The translations under genes and the position numbers were made by a program. This document shows positions 9,930-19,320 of a stretch of DNA of 64,000 nucleotides, in pieces. Under the pieces are notes generated by a model. The model saw nothing but the letters and a program-made list of their open reading frames with translations. It was not told the DNA's origin and searched no databases. Source of the stretch: an uncultured SAR86 cluster bacterium (lineage in GTDB: Bacteria; Pseudomonadota; Gammaproteobacteria; Magnimaribacterales; D2472); NCBI GenBank assembly GCA_902594005.1, contig CACJKN010000001.1, positions 111,083 through 175,082 of the forward strand. The letters are read 5' to 3'. The first letter of the stretch is position 1; each line of letters starts with the position of its first letter.

Positions 9930-10142
9930 ACTTTCCGAAGCTATATAAGAATTGCCAAGTTCACCAGTTGATAAACCATATGCTACTAAAATTATTAATA
10001 AAATTGCCAAAGTGACCCTAATGCCCAAACCATATACAGTTCTTTTTCCTTCACCTCTATCCTTAAATAAGAAAAATAGACTCGAAGCTAGGCTCAAGAG
10101 AATTCCGATTATTAATACTATAATGATGCTTTTTACTGACAT
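9924..10142 (-). CDS. Small two-transmembrane-helix protein typical of proteobacterial cox clusters
   Basis: 72 aa with two clear hydrophobic helices separated by a basic loop (KDRGEGKRT). It has the same position and opposite orientation as the small ORF between coxC and SURF1 in Pseudomonas-type cox loci. The family name is not certain from memory. Confidence 0.6.
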   Translation of the reverse strand: MSVKSIIIVLIIGILLSLASSLFFLFKDRGEGKRTVYGLGIRVTLAILLIILVAYGLSTGELGNSYIASESL

Positions 10143-10166
10143 AACCTTTGTATTGTATAGGTAAAG

Positions 10167-10862
10167 ATGAAATTAACTAAATCAAGGCAAGCAGCGACAA
10201 TTTTTTATATATTTTTCTCAATTGTTTTTGTTATTCTGGGCTTTTGGCAGATCAATAGAGGAAATGAAAAAACAGAAATTATTGAAGCGTTTGAGTTACA
10301 GCAGGCAGGTCAAGCCATTGAATTCTCCTCTGACTCCCAAAAATGGGAGAGAGTTTATATTAGCGGCAAGCTCGATGATGAAAGAATAATATATCTAGAT
10401 AATGTAATTCATAAAGGGATATTAGGTTTTAAAGTTTTAGCCCCAGTCTTTATAGAAGATAACAAGGTAATATTGGTTGATTTTGGCTGGATAAAACAGC
10501 CCCAAAGCAGAGATCAAGTCAGCTTTATAAGCATTTCTGATAATGAGAATGTTTCGGTTTCAGGGGTTCTAGAGGCACCAGAGATGGGATTAATATTATC
10601 AGAAGATATTTTTACAAATACTTGGCCAAAAATATCTCAGAGCAAATCAATAACTGCATTAGAGTCTTTATTTGAAGAAGAAATTGTTAAATTTATCCTC
10701 CTATCTGACTATAGGCCAGATACTAACTTTGTATACTTAAAACCCGTTGTTGCAAATATGCCACCGGTAAAACACTATGGTTATGCCGGTCAATGGTTCG
10801 CAATGTTCATAGCATTATCAATTATGTATTTATATTTTTTGAGGAAATCATCAAATGAATAA
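10167..10862 (+). CDS. SURF1 family cytochrome oxidase biogenesis protein
   Basis: N- and C-terminal TM helices with a C-terminal HYGYAGQWFAMF motif (SURF1 Y-A-x-x-W-F). Located in the cox cluster. Confidence 0.85.
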   Translation: MKLTKSRQAATIFYIFFSIVFVILGFWQINRGNEKTEIIEAFELQQAGQAIEFSSDSQKWERVYISGKLDDERIIYLDNVIHKGILGFKVLAPVFIEDNKVILVDFGWIKQPQSRDQVSFISISDNENVSVSGVLEAPEMGLILSEDIFTNTWPKISQSKSITALESLFEEEIVKFILLSDYRPDTNFVYLKPVVANMPPVKHYGYAGQWFAMFIALSIMYLYFLRKSSNE

Positions 10863-11406
10863 AAAAGCTTTCTTACTCTTTCTATTGCTGACGCCCCTAA
10901 TAGTAATTGTTTCATCAACACTTGCTTTTAGATTTGGTTTTGGGCCTGAAGCTACCAAAAATAATGGCATATTTTTTAGCGAGTTTACTGATATAACAGG
11001 AATGGAAATGTCCTCAACAAGAAACCTCAAGCTGGACTTTGAAGATGGTAAGTGGGTTATGGGAATTTATCATAATAACGAAGGGAAAACCCTTGAGAAC
11101 AGCAGATTAATGAAACAACTCAATGTGGCTCTTAACAGAGATATTAATAGAGTAAAAAGAATTGTCTTTTTTGGGTATAAACCGGAAGATAGCTTTCTTG
11201 AGAATATTGAAAATGATTTCCCAAGACTAGAAATTTTTATTGATGCAGAATCAGAGTTTAAAGATCTATTATTAAACCTATCTGAGGAATCTGTAATTTC
11301 CTCAAGTTATATTTTTATAATTGATCCATATGGAAGACTAGTCATGTATTTTCCAAATGATCTAACTCCCAAAAAGATTCTGAAAGACCTAAAGGTACTA
11401 ATATGA
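10855..11406 (+). CDS. Membrane-anchored cox-cluster protein of unknown function; SCO/thioredoxin-like fold but without cysteines
   Basis: N-terminal TM helix. GKWVMGIY, KPEDS and YIFIIDPYGRLVMYF line up with GKWTIMYF, DPERDS and NIILINQNGEYFGFF of the genuine SCO protein at 13233..13877. The 183-aa sequence contains no Cys. Confidence 0.55.
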   Translation: MNKKAFLLFLLLTPLIVIVSSTLAFRFGFGPEATKNNGIFFSEFTDITGMEMSSTRNLKLDFEDGKWVMGIYHNNEGKTLENSRLMKQLNVALNRDINRVKRIVFFGYKPEDSFLENIENDFPRLEIFIDAESEFKDLLLNLSEESVISSSYIFIIDPYGRLVMYFPNDLTPKKILKDLKVLI

Positions 11407-12377
11407 TAAATATAAGAAACATATCTCTTTTTGGCGGACTATTTGCGATAGTTGTAATTGCTTTAGGAGCTTGGACAAGACTTGTAGATGCAGGTTTGGG
11501 TTGTCCAGATTGGCCCGGATGTTATGGATTTGTAACTTTTCCAATAACTGATTCAGAAATAGCACTTGCTGAAAGCAGGTATCCAACATTTCCATATGAG
11601 ATCGATAAAGCAATACCAGAGGTTGTTCATAGGTATTTTGCTGCGATGCTTGGACTGATTGCAATCTTCCTTGTATTTTTTGCGATCAGATATAAAGTTG
11701 ATAGCTCATTAAGAAATCTTTCAATCTTTTTACTATTTTTTATTTGTTGCCAAGGCCTTTTTGGTTATTTGACTGTAAGCTTAAAACTCCTTCCTATAAT
11801 AGTTACAGGCCATCTCTTTGGTGGATTTATAACACTGAGTTTATTCTTTTTTATATTTTTAAAAGCAGCCGACTTCAGATTTTTACACTATATAGATATT
11901 AGGAAGTATAAGTATCTTGCATTAGCGTGTTTGATTGTTTTGCTTGTTCAGATATTTCTTGGTGCATGGACAAGTACTAACTATGCTTCACTTGCATGCC
12001 CAGATTTCCCAACCTGTCAGGGTAGCTACTATCCAGAGATGGACTTCGAATCAGGATTCAATCTCAAACAAGAGGTGGGGCCAAACTACCTTTATGGACT
12101 TTTAGAAAACCCAGCACGAGTTGCTATACATTATTCACATAGAGTTACAGCTCTTGTTTTGACATTCTTTATGTTAATTTTGATTGGTTGTTTATGGTTT
12201 ACAAATGCTGCCCCTTTATCATCAACATTAGGACTAGTCCTGCTATTACAAATTTCTTTAGGAATTATGAATGTGGTCTATGTTTTACCTTTGTATATTG
12301 CAATTGCTCATAATCTTATCGCAGCAATGTTACTATTGGTTACTTTGCTTGTTAACTACTTAGCTTTCAAAAAATGA
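11403..12377 (+). CDS. ctaA: Heme A synthase (COX15/CtaA)
   Basis: Polytopic protein with CPDWPGCYG and CPDFPTC motifs typical of COX15. Confidence 0.9.
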   Translation: MINIRNISLFGGLFAIVVIALGAWTRLVDAGLGCPDWPGCYGFVTFPITDSEIALAESRYPTFPYEIDKAIPEVVHRYFAAMLGLIAIFLVFFAIRYKVDSSLRNLSIFLLFFICCQGLFGYLTVSLKLLPIIVTGHLFGGFITLSLFFFIFLKAADFRFLHYIDIRKYKYLALACLIVLLVQIFLGAWTSTNYASLACPDFPTCQGSYYPEMDFESGFNLKQEVGPNYLYGLLENPARVAIHYSHRVTALVLTFFMLILIGCLWFTNAAPLSSTLGLVLLLQISLGIMNVVYVLPLYIAIAHNLIAAMLLLVTLLVNYLAFKK

Positions 12378-13231
12378 ATGTTTTAAAAAACTACCTTGAG
12401 CTTACAAAACCTAAGGTAGTTTTAATGATGCTCATAACAGCAATTGTTGGAATGCTTCTAGCATCAAAAACTCTACCATCAATCTATTTGGTTATTATTT
12501 CTATGATCGGCATAGGGTTATGTGCGTCTTCCGCTGCAACCATTAATCAAATTATAGATAGAAATATAGATGCAAATATGGCCCGAACCTCTAACCGTCC
12601 ACTTCCACAAGGTGAAATCACTACTTTCAATGCTAGCATTTTTGCACTTGCGTTGATGGCCGCTGGAACAGCTATTCTCGTTAGCCAAGTGAATACTCTT
12701 ACAGCAGTTCTTACAGTAGCCTCCTTAATTGGATATGCTTTTATTTATACAGTTTTCTTAAAAAGAGCGACACCTCAAAATATAGTTATTGGAGGCCTGG
12801 CTGGTGCAGCGCCACCACTTTTAGGATGGACATCAGTAACTAATTCAATTGATCCAAATGCGCTTCTTTTAGTCTTAATAATTTTTGTTTGGACGCCTCC
12901 ACATTTTTGGGCTCTTGCTATTTATAGAAAGGACGATTACGCAAGAGAGTCTATCCCCATGCTGCCAGTTACCCATGGAGTAAGATTTACAAAACTTCAA
13001 ATAATTTTATACACAATTCTGCTAGTGCTAGTTAGCCTGCTTCCTTTTATAGTATTAATGTCAGGAAATATATATTTATTTTCAGCACTTGGGCTTGGAT
13101 TATTCTATTTATATTCATCAGTAAAAATGTATTTAACCGATGACGATGAATATCCAATGACTTCGTTTAAATACTCTATTTATTACATTTTTCTTATATT
13201 TTTTGCTCTCTTGGTAGATCACTTTATTTGA
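12374..13231 (+). CDS. cyoE: Protoheme IX farnesyltransferase (heme O synthase)
   Basis: UbiA-family prenyltransferase (D-rich NQIIDRNIDANM) located downstream of ctaA. Confidence 0.92.
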   Translation: MNVLKNYLELTKPKVVLMMLITAIVGMLLASKTLPSIYLVIISMIGIGLCASSAATINQIIDRNIDANMARTSNRPLPQGEITTFNASIFALALMAAGTAILVSQVNTLTAVLTVASLIGYAFIYTVFLKRATPQNIVIGGLAGAAPPLLGWTSVTNSIDPNALLLVLIIFVWTPPHFWALAIYRKDDYARESIPMLPVTHGVRFTKLQIILYTILLVLVSLLPFIVLMSGNIYLFSALGLGLFYLYSSVKMYLTDDDEYPMTSFKYSIYYIFLIFFALLVDHFI

Positions 13232-13232
13232 T

Positions 13233-13877
13233 ATGAAGAATAATATAAGACTTTCCTTACTCCTTATTTTTGTTTTCATAGCAACAATACTTTTTGGATT
13301 TGTGAATAAGTTAACGGCCCCAAGAATACTTAGCGATGAAGAGCTATTAATAAATGGCTTTTATAAATTACAACAACCCATTGCGCTTTCAGACTTTAGT
13401 ATGGAAAGAGAAGATGGCTCTTACTTCACAAAATCAGACTTACAGGGTAAATGGACAATAATGTATTTTGGTTTTAGCAGCTGTCCTTCAGAGTGTCCAG
13501 TAACAATGAGTGAATTAAGGAAACTCATTAATGCTCTCAGAGAAAAAGATTTTGAGCTCGATGACAAGCAATGGATCTTAGTTACTATTGACCCTGAAAG
13601 AGATTCTGCAGAAGATATAAACTTTTATGCTTCTAGATTCGATTCTAGCTTTGTTGGTGTAAGGGCCGAGAGACCAACTTTATTAAGCCTAACAACACAA
13701 CTGAATGTTGCAAAAGTCAAACCAATGAAACACGATATGCACTCTATAGAGGAGCTCAGTAACCACGTCAATAATATAATTTTAATTAACCAGAATGGTG
13801 AATACTTTGGATTCTTTAGACCACCTTTTGATGTTTCAAAACTATCCCTTACATATCAATCTGTAGTCACTCAGTAG
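13233..13877 (+). CDS. SCO1/SenC copper chaperone
   Basis: TM anchor plus GKWTIMYFGFSSCPSECP (the CxxxC copper site). It ends the cox cluster. Confidence 0.88.
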   Translation: MKNNIRLSLLLIFVFIATILFGFVNKLTAPRILSDEELLINGFYKLQQPIALSDFSMEREDGSYFTKSDLQGKWTIMYFGFSSCPSECPVTMSELRKLINALREKDFELDDKQWILVTIDPERDSAEDINFYASRFDSSFVGVRAERPTLLSLTTQLNVAKVKPMKHDMHSIEELSNHVNNIILINQNGEYFGFFRPPFDVSKLSLTYQSVVTQ

Positions 13878-13883
13878 TGACAA

Positions 13884-14621
13884 ATGGATAAAGTTCTTAA
13901 AATTCAGAATTTAATAAAAGAATCTAAAAATATAGTCTTTTTATCAGGTGCTGGAATTAGCACTAACTCAGGTTTGCCAGATTTTAGAAGCGATAACGGT
14001 TTTTGGAAGACTAATAAGCCAATCATGTTTCGAGATTTCTTAAGCAGCCATGAGGCAAGACAACTTTCTTGGGAACGAAACATAGCTCTTAACGAAACTA
14101 TAGAAAGAATAAAACCTAATACAGGACATTTATTCGTAAAAGAAGTTTTAGACAAAAAAGATGGCTTTATCATTACGCAAAACATAGATGGACTTCATCA
14201 CAGATCAGGGATTGATAGCGAGAGAATAATAGAAGTCCATGGCAATGCAACAAAAGCTAAGTGCTTAGATTGTGACAGGGAGTTAAGCTTAAAACCATTT
14301 CATAGGGCTATCTCCAATAATGAAGAAATTCCTAACTGCCCATCATGTTTTGGCTTAGTAAAAGTTGCAACAATTTCTTTTGGGCAACCTATGAATATGA
14401 ATGATCTTGAAAGATCTAAAGATAAAATAATCGAAAGTGATATTTTAATCGTATTGGGTTCATCTCTTCAGGTACAACCCGTTGCTTCGCTCCCAGGTTT
14501 TGCTATTCAAAATGGAAAAAAATTAATAATTATTAACAAAGATCCGACTAGCTTTGATCAATATGCTGAAGTTTGTATTCATGAAGATATTTGTAATACA
14601 GTTGCTAAGATAAATATTTAA
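13884..14621 (+). CDS. cobB: NAD-dependent protein deacylase (Sir2 family)
   Basis: GAGISTNSGLPDFRS and QNIDGLH motifs. Zn module CLDC...CPSC. Confidence 0.88.
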   Translation: MDKVLKIQNLIKESKNIVFLSGAGISTNSGLPDFRSDNGFWKTNKPIMFRDFLSSHEARQLSWERNIALNETIERIKPNTGHLFVKEVLDKKDGFIITQNIDGLHHRSGIDSERIIEVHGNATKAKCLDCDRELSLKPFHRAISNNEEIPNCPSCFGLVKVATISFGQPMNMNDLERSKDKIIESDILIVLGSSLQVQPVASLPGFAIQNGKKLIIINKDPTSFDQYAEVCIHEDICNTVAKINI

Positions 14622-15676
14622 AGTTTAGAAACTCTAGCGACCTCACTGTGTAGATACTCGGTAGTAAAATTATTTAAATGGAAGTCTGAATCAAGCGGCA
14701 TAATTTCATTAAATATTAATCGCTTTGCAACCCTTACCATTATTACCGAAAACTTAAATAAGGCTAAGACCCTAAAGTAATTTATATTTTCTGCAGACAA
14801 ACCAGTTTTATTTTCCCAAATCTCTATACCCTCACTCTGACTCATGGAGCCATCAAGTCGGGGGACACCAAGCCCCAAACTATTACACTCGTCTACAGCG
14901 AAACCCCAAGCTAGATCCATTAATGGATCTCCCATGCATGCCATTTCCCAATCAAGAAGTGCAGATGCTTTATAGTCTTTATATAAGACATTGCCTATTC
15001 TTGAGTCGCCCCAGCACATGGAAATTTTTTGTAATTCTGGCTTATTGGCAACCAGCCAATCATGAGCATTTGAGCAAACAGGATGCTTTTCTCCATCCAT
15101 ACCCCAATTTAAAAACTCCTTGTAATAATCCAACTCTGTGCCGAGTGAATCATCTGTATTCTTGAAGCCACAACTCAAGACCTCTTCAGTTGATAAATCC
15201 AAACTATGAAATGCAGATAAATTATTTACCCAACCAGACCACACTGAATATCTTTGCTCAGGAGTCCCTTTCCCCATCATTCCCTCTGGATCCATATGAT
15301 GAGGAGGATTATCGCTTGGTGCCTCTCCATCAATACACTTCATCACATAAAACTCGGAACCTAAAATATCATCATTATAGTTTTCAAATATTATTTCTGG
15401 AGTAGGGAGGCCCTTTAATCTTAGAAGCTTCATAATCGAAGCCTGCATTTTTAAATCATAGTCAGGAAACACCTGATATCCAGTTGGTCTAAGCCTTAAA
15501 ACAAGACTTTCCGAAACATTTTTACCCTTTACATCGAAGACAAAAGTTTCATTAGAAAAGCCTGAAGCAATTGAGCTTTCATGAGGTATAACTTCACAAT
15601 CACCATAAAGTTCCTTAAGCCAGGACTGTAGCTTAAGAAGCTTTTCATCAAAGTTTTTGTCTGTAGATACCGACAT
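14618..15676 (-). CDS. Phosphotransferase of the APH/choline-kinase superfamily (ACAD10/11-kinase-like)
   Basis: Catalytic-loop pattern WGDSRIGNVLY and LLDWEMACMGDPLMDLA (the HGD....N / DWE..GDP..DLA pattern). Its ATG overlaps the upstream stop (TAATG). Confidence 0.8.
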   Translation of the reverse strand: MSVSTDKNFDEKLLKLQSWLKELYGDCEVIPHESSIASGFSNETFVFDVKGKNVSESLVLRLRPTGYQVFPDYDLKMQASIMKLLRLKGLPTPEIIFENYNDDILGSEFYVMKCIDGEAPSDNPPHHMDPEGMMGKGTPEQRYSVWSGWVNNLSAFHSLDLSTEEVLSCGFKNTDDSLGTELDYYKEFLNWGMDGEKHPVCSNAHDWLVANKPELQKISMCWGDSRIGNVLYKDYKASALLDWEMACMGDPLMDLAWGFAVDECNSLGLGVPRLDGSMSQSEGIEIWENKTGLSAENINYFRVLALFKFSVIMVRVAKRLIFNEIMPLDSDFHLNNFTTEYLHSEVARVSKL

Positions 15677-16776
15677 TAAGGTTTATCAAAAAGATCAACA
15701 AACCCACTCGGTTCATGCGCTCCTAGAATAAGTTGCTCTAAAACACCTCTTCCTTCATAAGCTTTATCTCCAACTTTTAATGTTGCATTCGAAAGAGCCT
15801 GAACATGTAAATATGGCGGATCACCAGGATCTTCATTTAGATCATATTCATCAAAGTGAGTTGCATTATCCCCCTTATCATGACCATGACCCCAATCAGG
15901 ATGCATGTACCCTAGACCGCACATAAATGCTTTCATGCCGCAGTCAATACTAATCTCAACATTGTTACCATCTTTATCAGTTGCAGTAATTATCATGGAC
16001 TCAACTCTTCTAGATTTAGGCACATAAGACACTTTCTTTTGTACGTTACGTAACTCTATCTCACCTTCAAATTCTGGACCCTGCATAATTGCTAGGACGG
16101 TGTCTGGAGCTCCATCAGCTTTATCGATAAAGTAAATATGTGCAGAAAGATCCTCAAAGTGGAAGGGGGCCCATAACCAATAAAATTGAGGCATATTAAA
16201 AGGAACTACAGGCTGACTATCGTAAGCTCCAACCGGCCTAACTCCCCAAGACCGATCCCTTGTTCCAACAAAGGCATCCTCAGTCACATCAATTTGCTCA
16301 TCATTTATTTTTATCTTTCCAGACCATTTACCCTGCTGAGTTAGTCGACAAGTATCCATAATCATTCTAGGGCCATTGAATAATTGCATTTGAGGCTCTC
16401 TCATTGGCTCAAATCTGCCAGTGATAGTTAAATCAACCTCAAAATTGTTTTCAACATCGTTTAAAGAGACTTTTAGTTTTCTTAGTGGCTCAATAACCTC
16501 AACTTTTAGAGGCCCCACTTCGGTTTCAAGCCTTTCTAAATTCAAAACCCTTGAAGCTCTCGAGTTGTATTGTTTTCCTTTGTAAGCAAGAGTAAATGCT
16601 CCATCCATTATATTTAGATTTGGGTAAACGCAGAGCACAGCGCCAAAGTAGATATCATCTGTTTTTGAATAACCATTAAAAAAATATCTGTCATAAAAGT
16701 TTCTTTCAGACCCTACTTCAGAAACAGGCTTTGAAATTTGATGTATTGGATAATCGTCAGCTTTTGTTAAAGACAT
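15676..16776 (-). CDS. Conserved hypothetical protein, 366 aa, no family recognised from memory
   Basis: Long ORF with ordinary soluble-protein composition and a GTRDRSWGVRP motif. It is tightly packed between the oxidoreductase and the kinase. Confidence 0.6.
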   Translation of the reverse strand: MSLTKADDYPIHQISKPVSEVGSERNFYDRYFFNGYSKTDDIYFGAVLCVYPNLNIMDGAFTLAYKGKQYNSRASRVLNLERLETEVGPLKVEVIEPLRKLKVSLNDVENNFEVDLTITGRFEPMREPQMQLFNGPRMIMDTCRLTQQGKWSGKIKINDEQIDVTEDAFVGTRDRSWGVRPVGAYDSQPVVPFNMPQFYWLWAPFHFEDLSAHIYFIDKADGAPDTVLAIMQGPEFEGEIELRNVQKKVSYVPKSRRVESMIITATDKDGNNVEISIDCGMKAFMCGLGYMHPDWGHGHDKGDNATHFDEYDLNEDPGDPPYLHVQALSNATLKVGDKAYEGRGVLEQLILGAHEPSGFVDLFDKP

Positions 16777-16779
16777 AAT

Positions 16780-17778
16780 TTATATAGTTATTATTACTTT
16801 TCCTTTTGCTTTTCTATTTTGCAGATGGGCTATAGCATCTGCAGCGTTATCAAGCGTGAATTTATCAGAAACCTCAGGAGCGATTTTTCCTTCACCATGA
16901 AGTTTAAATAACTCCATAAAGTTAGCTTTATTGCCTGCAGGATCAATCCCAGTCCAAGCACCCCAAAAAACACCAACTATTTGGCATCCTTTCAGCAAAG
17001 CTAAATTAAGCGGAATTTTTGGTATATCACCGGCAGCAAAACCGATTACCAAATATCTTCCTTCCCATGCGATAGCTCTTAATGCCGGTTCAGAATAATG
17101 TGAGCCTACCGGATCATAAATAACATTAGCTCCAATACCTCCTGTGACCTCTTTAATCTTTCCTGAAAGTTCTTTTTGCTGATCTTTTGATAGGTCGCCA
17201 GTTGGATATATGAATCCTTCATCAGCACCATGTTGAATGCACATATCAATTTTTTCTTGAGATGATGCAGCAGCAATAACTTTAGCTCCCATAGCTTTGC
17301 CCAAATCAACGGCGGCAAGACCAACTCCACCTGCGGCTCCAAGAACCAACAATGTCTCTCCTGCTTTAAGATTTGCTCTTTGTTTTAGTGCATATAAAGT
17401 TGTGCCATATGTCATTGAAAGGGCAGCTGCCGTTTCATAGTCCATTGACTCAGGAATGGGCATTACAGAACCTTCTGGTGCAACAATCTTTTCTGCAAAA
17501 GCACCCATACCAGTCATTGCAAACACCTTATCACCCTCTTTGAGACTTTCTACACCTTCACCAACCTTTTCAACAATTCCAGCTGCTTCACCGCCAGGCG
17601 TAAAAGGAAGTGGAGGTTGAAACTGATATAAACCTTGTATCATTAAGACATCAGGAAAATTTACACTTGCTGCCTTAACATCTATTAAAACCTGTCCAGG
17701 CCCCACATCTGGACTTGAGACTTCATTAATTTCTAGTTTATCTACCCCTCCAAGCTCAACGCATTGTAATGCTTTCAT
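16780..17778 (-). CDS. NADPH:quinone oxidoreductase-like medium-chain dehydrogenase/reductase (zinc-independent)
   Basis: The N-terminus follows the zeta-crystallin/QOR pattern (VNFPDVLMIQGLYQ...PFTPGGEAAG). Nucleotide loop LGAAGGVG. Confidence 0.85.
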   Translation of the reverse strand: MKALQCVELGGVDKLEINEVSSPDVGPGQVLIDVKAASVNFPDVLMIQGLYQFQPPLPFTPGGEAAGIVEKVGEGVESLKEGDKVFAMTGMGAFAEKIVAPEGSVMPIPESMDYETAAALSMTYGTTLYALKQRANLKAGETLLVLGAAGGVGLAAVDLGKAMGAKVIAAASSQEKIDMCIQHGADEGFIYPTGDLSKDQQKELSGKIKEVTGGIGANVIYDPVGSHYSEPALRAIAWEGRYLVIGFAAGDIPKIPLNLALLKGCQIVGVFWGAWTGIDPAGNKANFMELFKLHGEGKIAPEVSDKFTLDNAADAIAHLQNRKAKGKVIITI

Positions 17779-17780
17779 AT

Positions 17781-19310
17781 TTATCCCCTTACTTTGTCGT
17801 TATATTGTTCCACATACTTATTCAATTCAACACCCTTTTTAGCTTCTATTTCTTTATGTAACTCAATAGAGTTAAACCTTTCGTTTTCTAAGATAGTTTC
17901 ATTTTTAAGCTTCGCACCTTTCAATGAATTCATTTTATCTATACTCTCCTGCAAAATATTTTCTGTAAAACTATTATCACTTCCTAATATATTATTTAGT
18001 AACTGTCTGCTTTTATTTTCCATATTTAAACAATCAGATACTGACTTTTCAAACTCAGGATCAACTGAATTTAATTCCTTAGCAATCAATAAAAGCTCAT
18101 CAGAAATATTTGAGATCTTATTTCTTATACTTAACTCTGAACCATTAAATGAAAGTTTTTGATCTAGATCTGAGCCAGAATGAATTGCAGTCACATAGTT
18201 TTTGTTCATTTCATCATATTCAGACTGGCTTACTGATTCCGACTCAGAAATTAGACAATGAATAAGAAACACATCAAGCAACCGCATTTCTGATTTAGAT
18301 ATTCCTGTAAGAGTATTTGGGGATAGATCAATTCCTCTAACTTCAACATATTCAATGCCTTTAGCTGAAAGAAGCTCTATTGGCCTAGTCTCTGAAGCAC
18401 CTTTTCGCTTTGGTCTAATAGAATCATATAGTTCATTTTCTATCTGGAGAATTCCTGATGATATTTGTTGCCTTTCATTGTTTTCATCATACAAACCTAG
18501 GCTTTTAAAAACTTCATACTCTTCGAATATTCCTTTTTTCAGTGACTCTATAAAACTATCAAGAGAGTTATATTTAATATCAAGAGCCTTTTGATGATAG
18601 CTTTGATAACCAACTTCACTCATTCTAAGAGAAGTGGCATATTCATCATATAGATCTGATTTATTTGTATTTTTGATTGAATGATTTCTTCCTAAAACAA
18701 AAGATTTATCAAAGATAGGAGAAGCACCAAAGAAATAAAGCAAGAACCAAAAATTTCTTTTGAAATTCCTAATAAGACCTAGATAAATATCTGATTTAGT
18801 TTCTTTATTGAGATCTTTATTAAACAATCTAAGGGAGTCGTCATCAATTGAAAAATTATAATGAATACCAGCTACACACTGCATGATTGAACCATATCTA
18901 ACCCGCAAACCTTTTCTATAAATATTTTTTAGCTTACCAATGTTGCTAGAGCCATACTCAGCAATTCTTATTTCTGATTCACCCCCAATAAAACAGGGCA
19001 TGGAATTCGACCACAAAACCTCATCTGACTCCATGGCATTAGCTGTGAAGATATGAAGATCTAAAAGGAATTCATAAACTTCATCAACGCTATTGAAGGT
19101 TGGAGTTACAAGCTCTATTAGTGCTTCAGAAAAGTCGGTCGTAATAAATTTATTAGTTAAGGGAGAGCCAAGTTCTTTTGGATGATTCCTTTGAGACAGT
19201 TGAGCATTGTTTTTTACTCTCAATGACTCCTTTTCGATACCTCTAGAAATTTCTATATTTTCAAAAAATCCCTTATCTTTTAATTCAGCAACTTTACTGC
19301 TAAAAGTCAT
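17781..19310 (-). CDS. gshA: Glutamate-cysteine ligase
   Basis: Collinear with E. coli GshA: GIEKESLRV / HPKELGSPLTNKFITTDFSEALIELVTP / RYGSIMQCVAGIHYNFS. Confidence 0.92.
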   Translation of the reverse strand: MTFSSKVAELKDKGFFENIEISRGIEKESLRVKNNAQLSQRNHPKELGSPLTNKFITTDFSEALIELVTPTFNSVDEVYEFLLDLHIFTANAMESDEVLWSNSMPCFIGGESEIRIAEYGSSNIGKLKNIYRKGLRVRYGSIMQCVAGIHYNFSIDDDSLRLFNKDLNKETKSDIYLGLIRNFKRNFWFLLYFFGASPIFDKSFVLGRNHSIKNTNKSDLYDEYATSLRMSEVGYQSYHQKALDIKYNSLDSFIESLKKGIFEEYEVFKSLGLYDENNERQQISSGILQIENELYDSIRPKRKGASETRPIELLSAKGIEYVEVRGIDLSPNTLTGISKSEMRLLDVFLIHCLISESESVSQSEYDEMNKNYVTAIHSGSDLDQKLSFNGSELSIRNKISNISDELLLIAKELNSVDPEFEKSVSDCLNMENKSRQLLNNILGSDNSFTENILQESIDKMNSLKGAKLKNETILENERFNSIELHKEIEAKKGVELNKYVEQYNDKVRG

Positions 19311-19320
19311 TCTCGTATTT

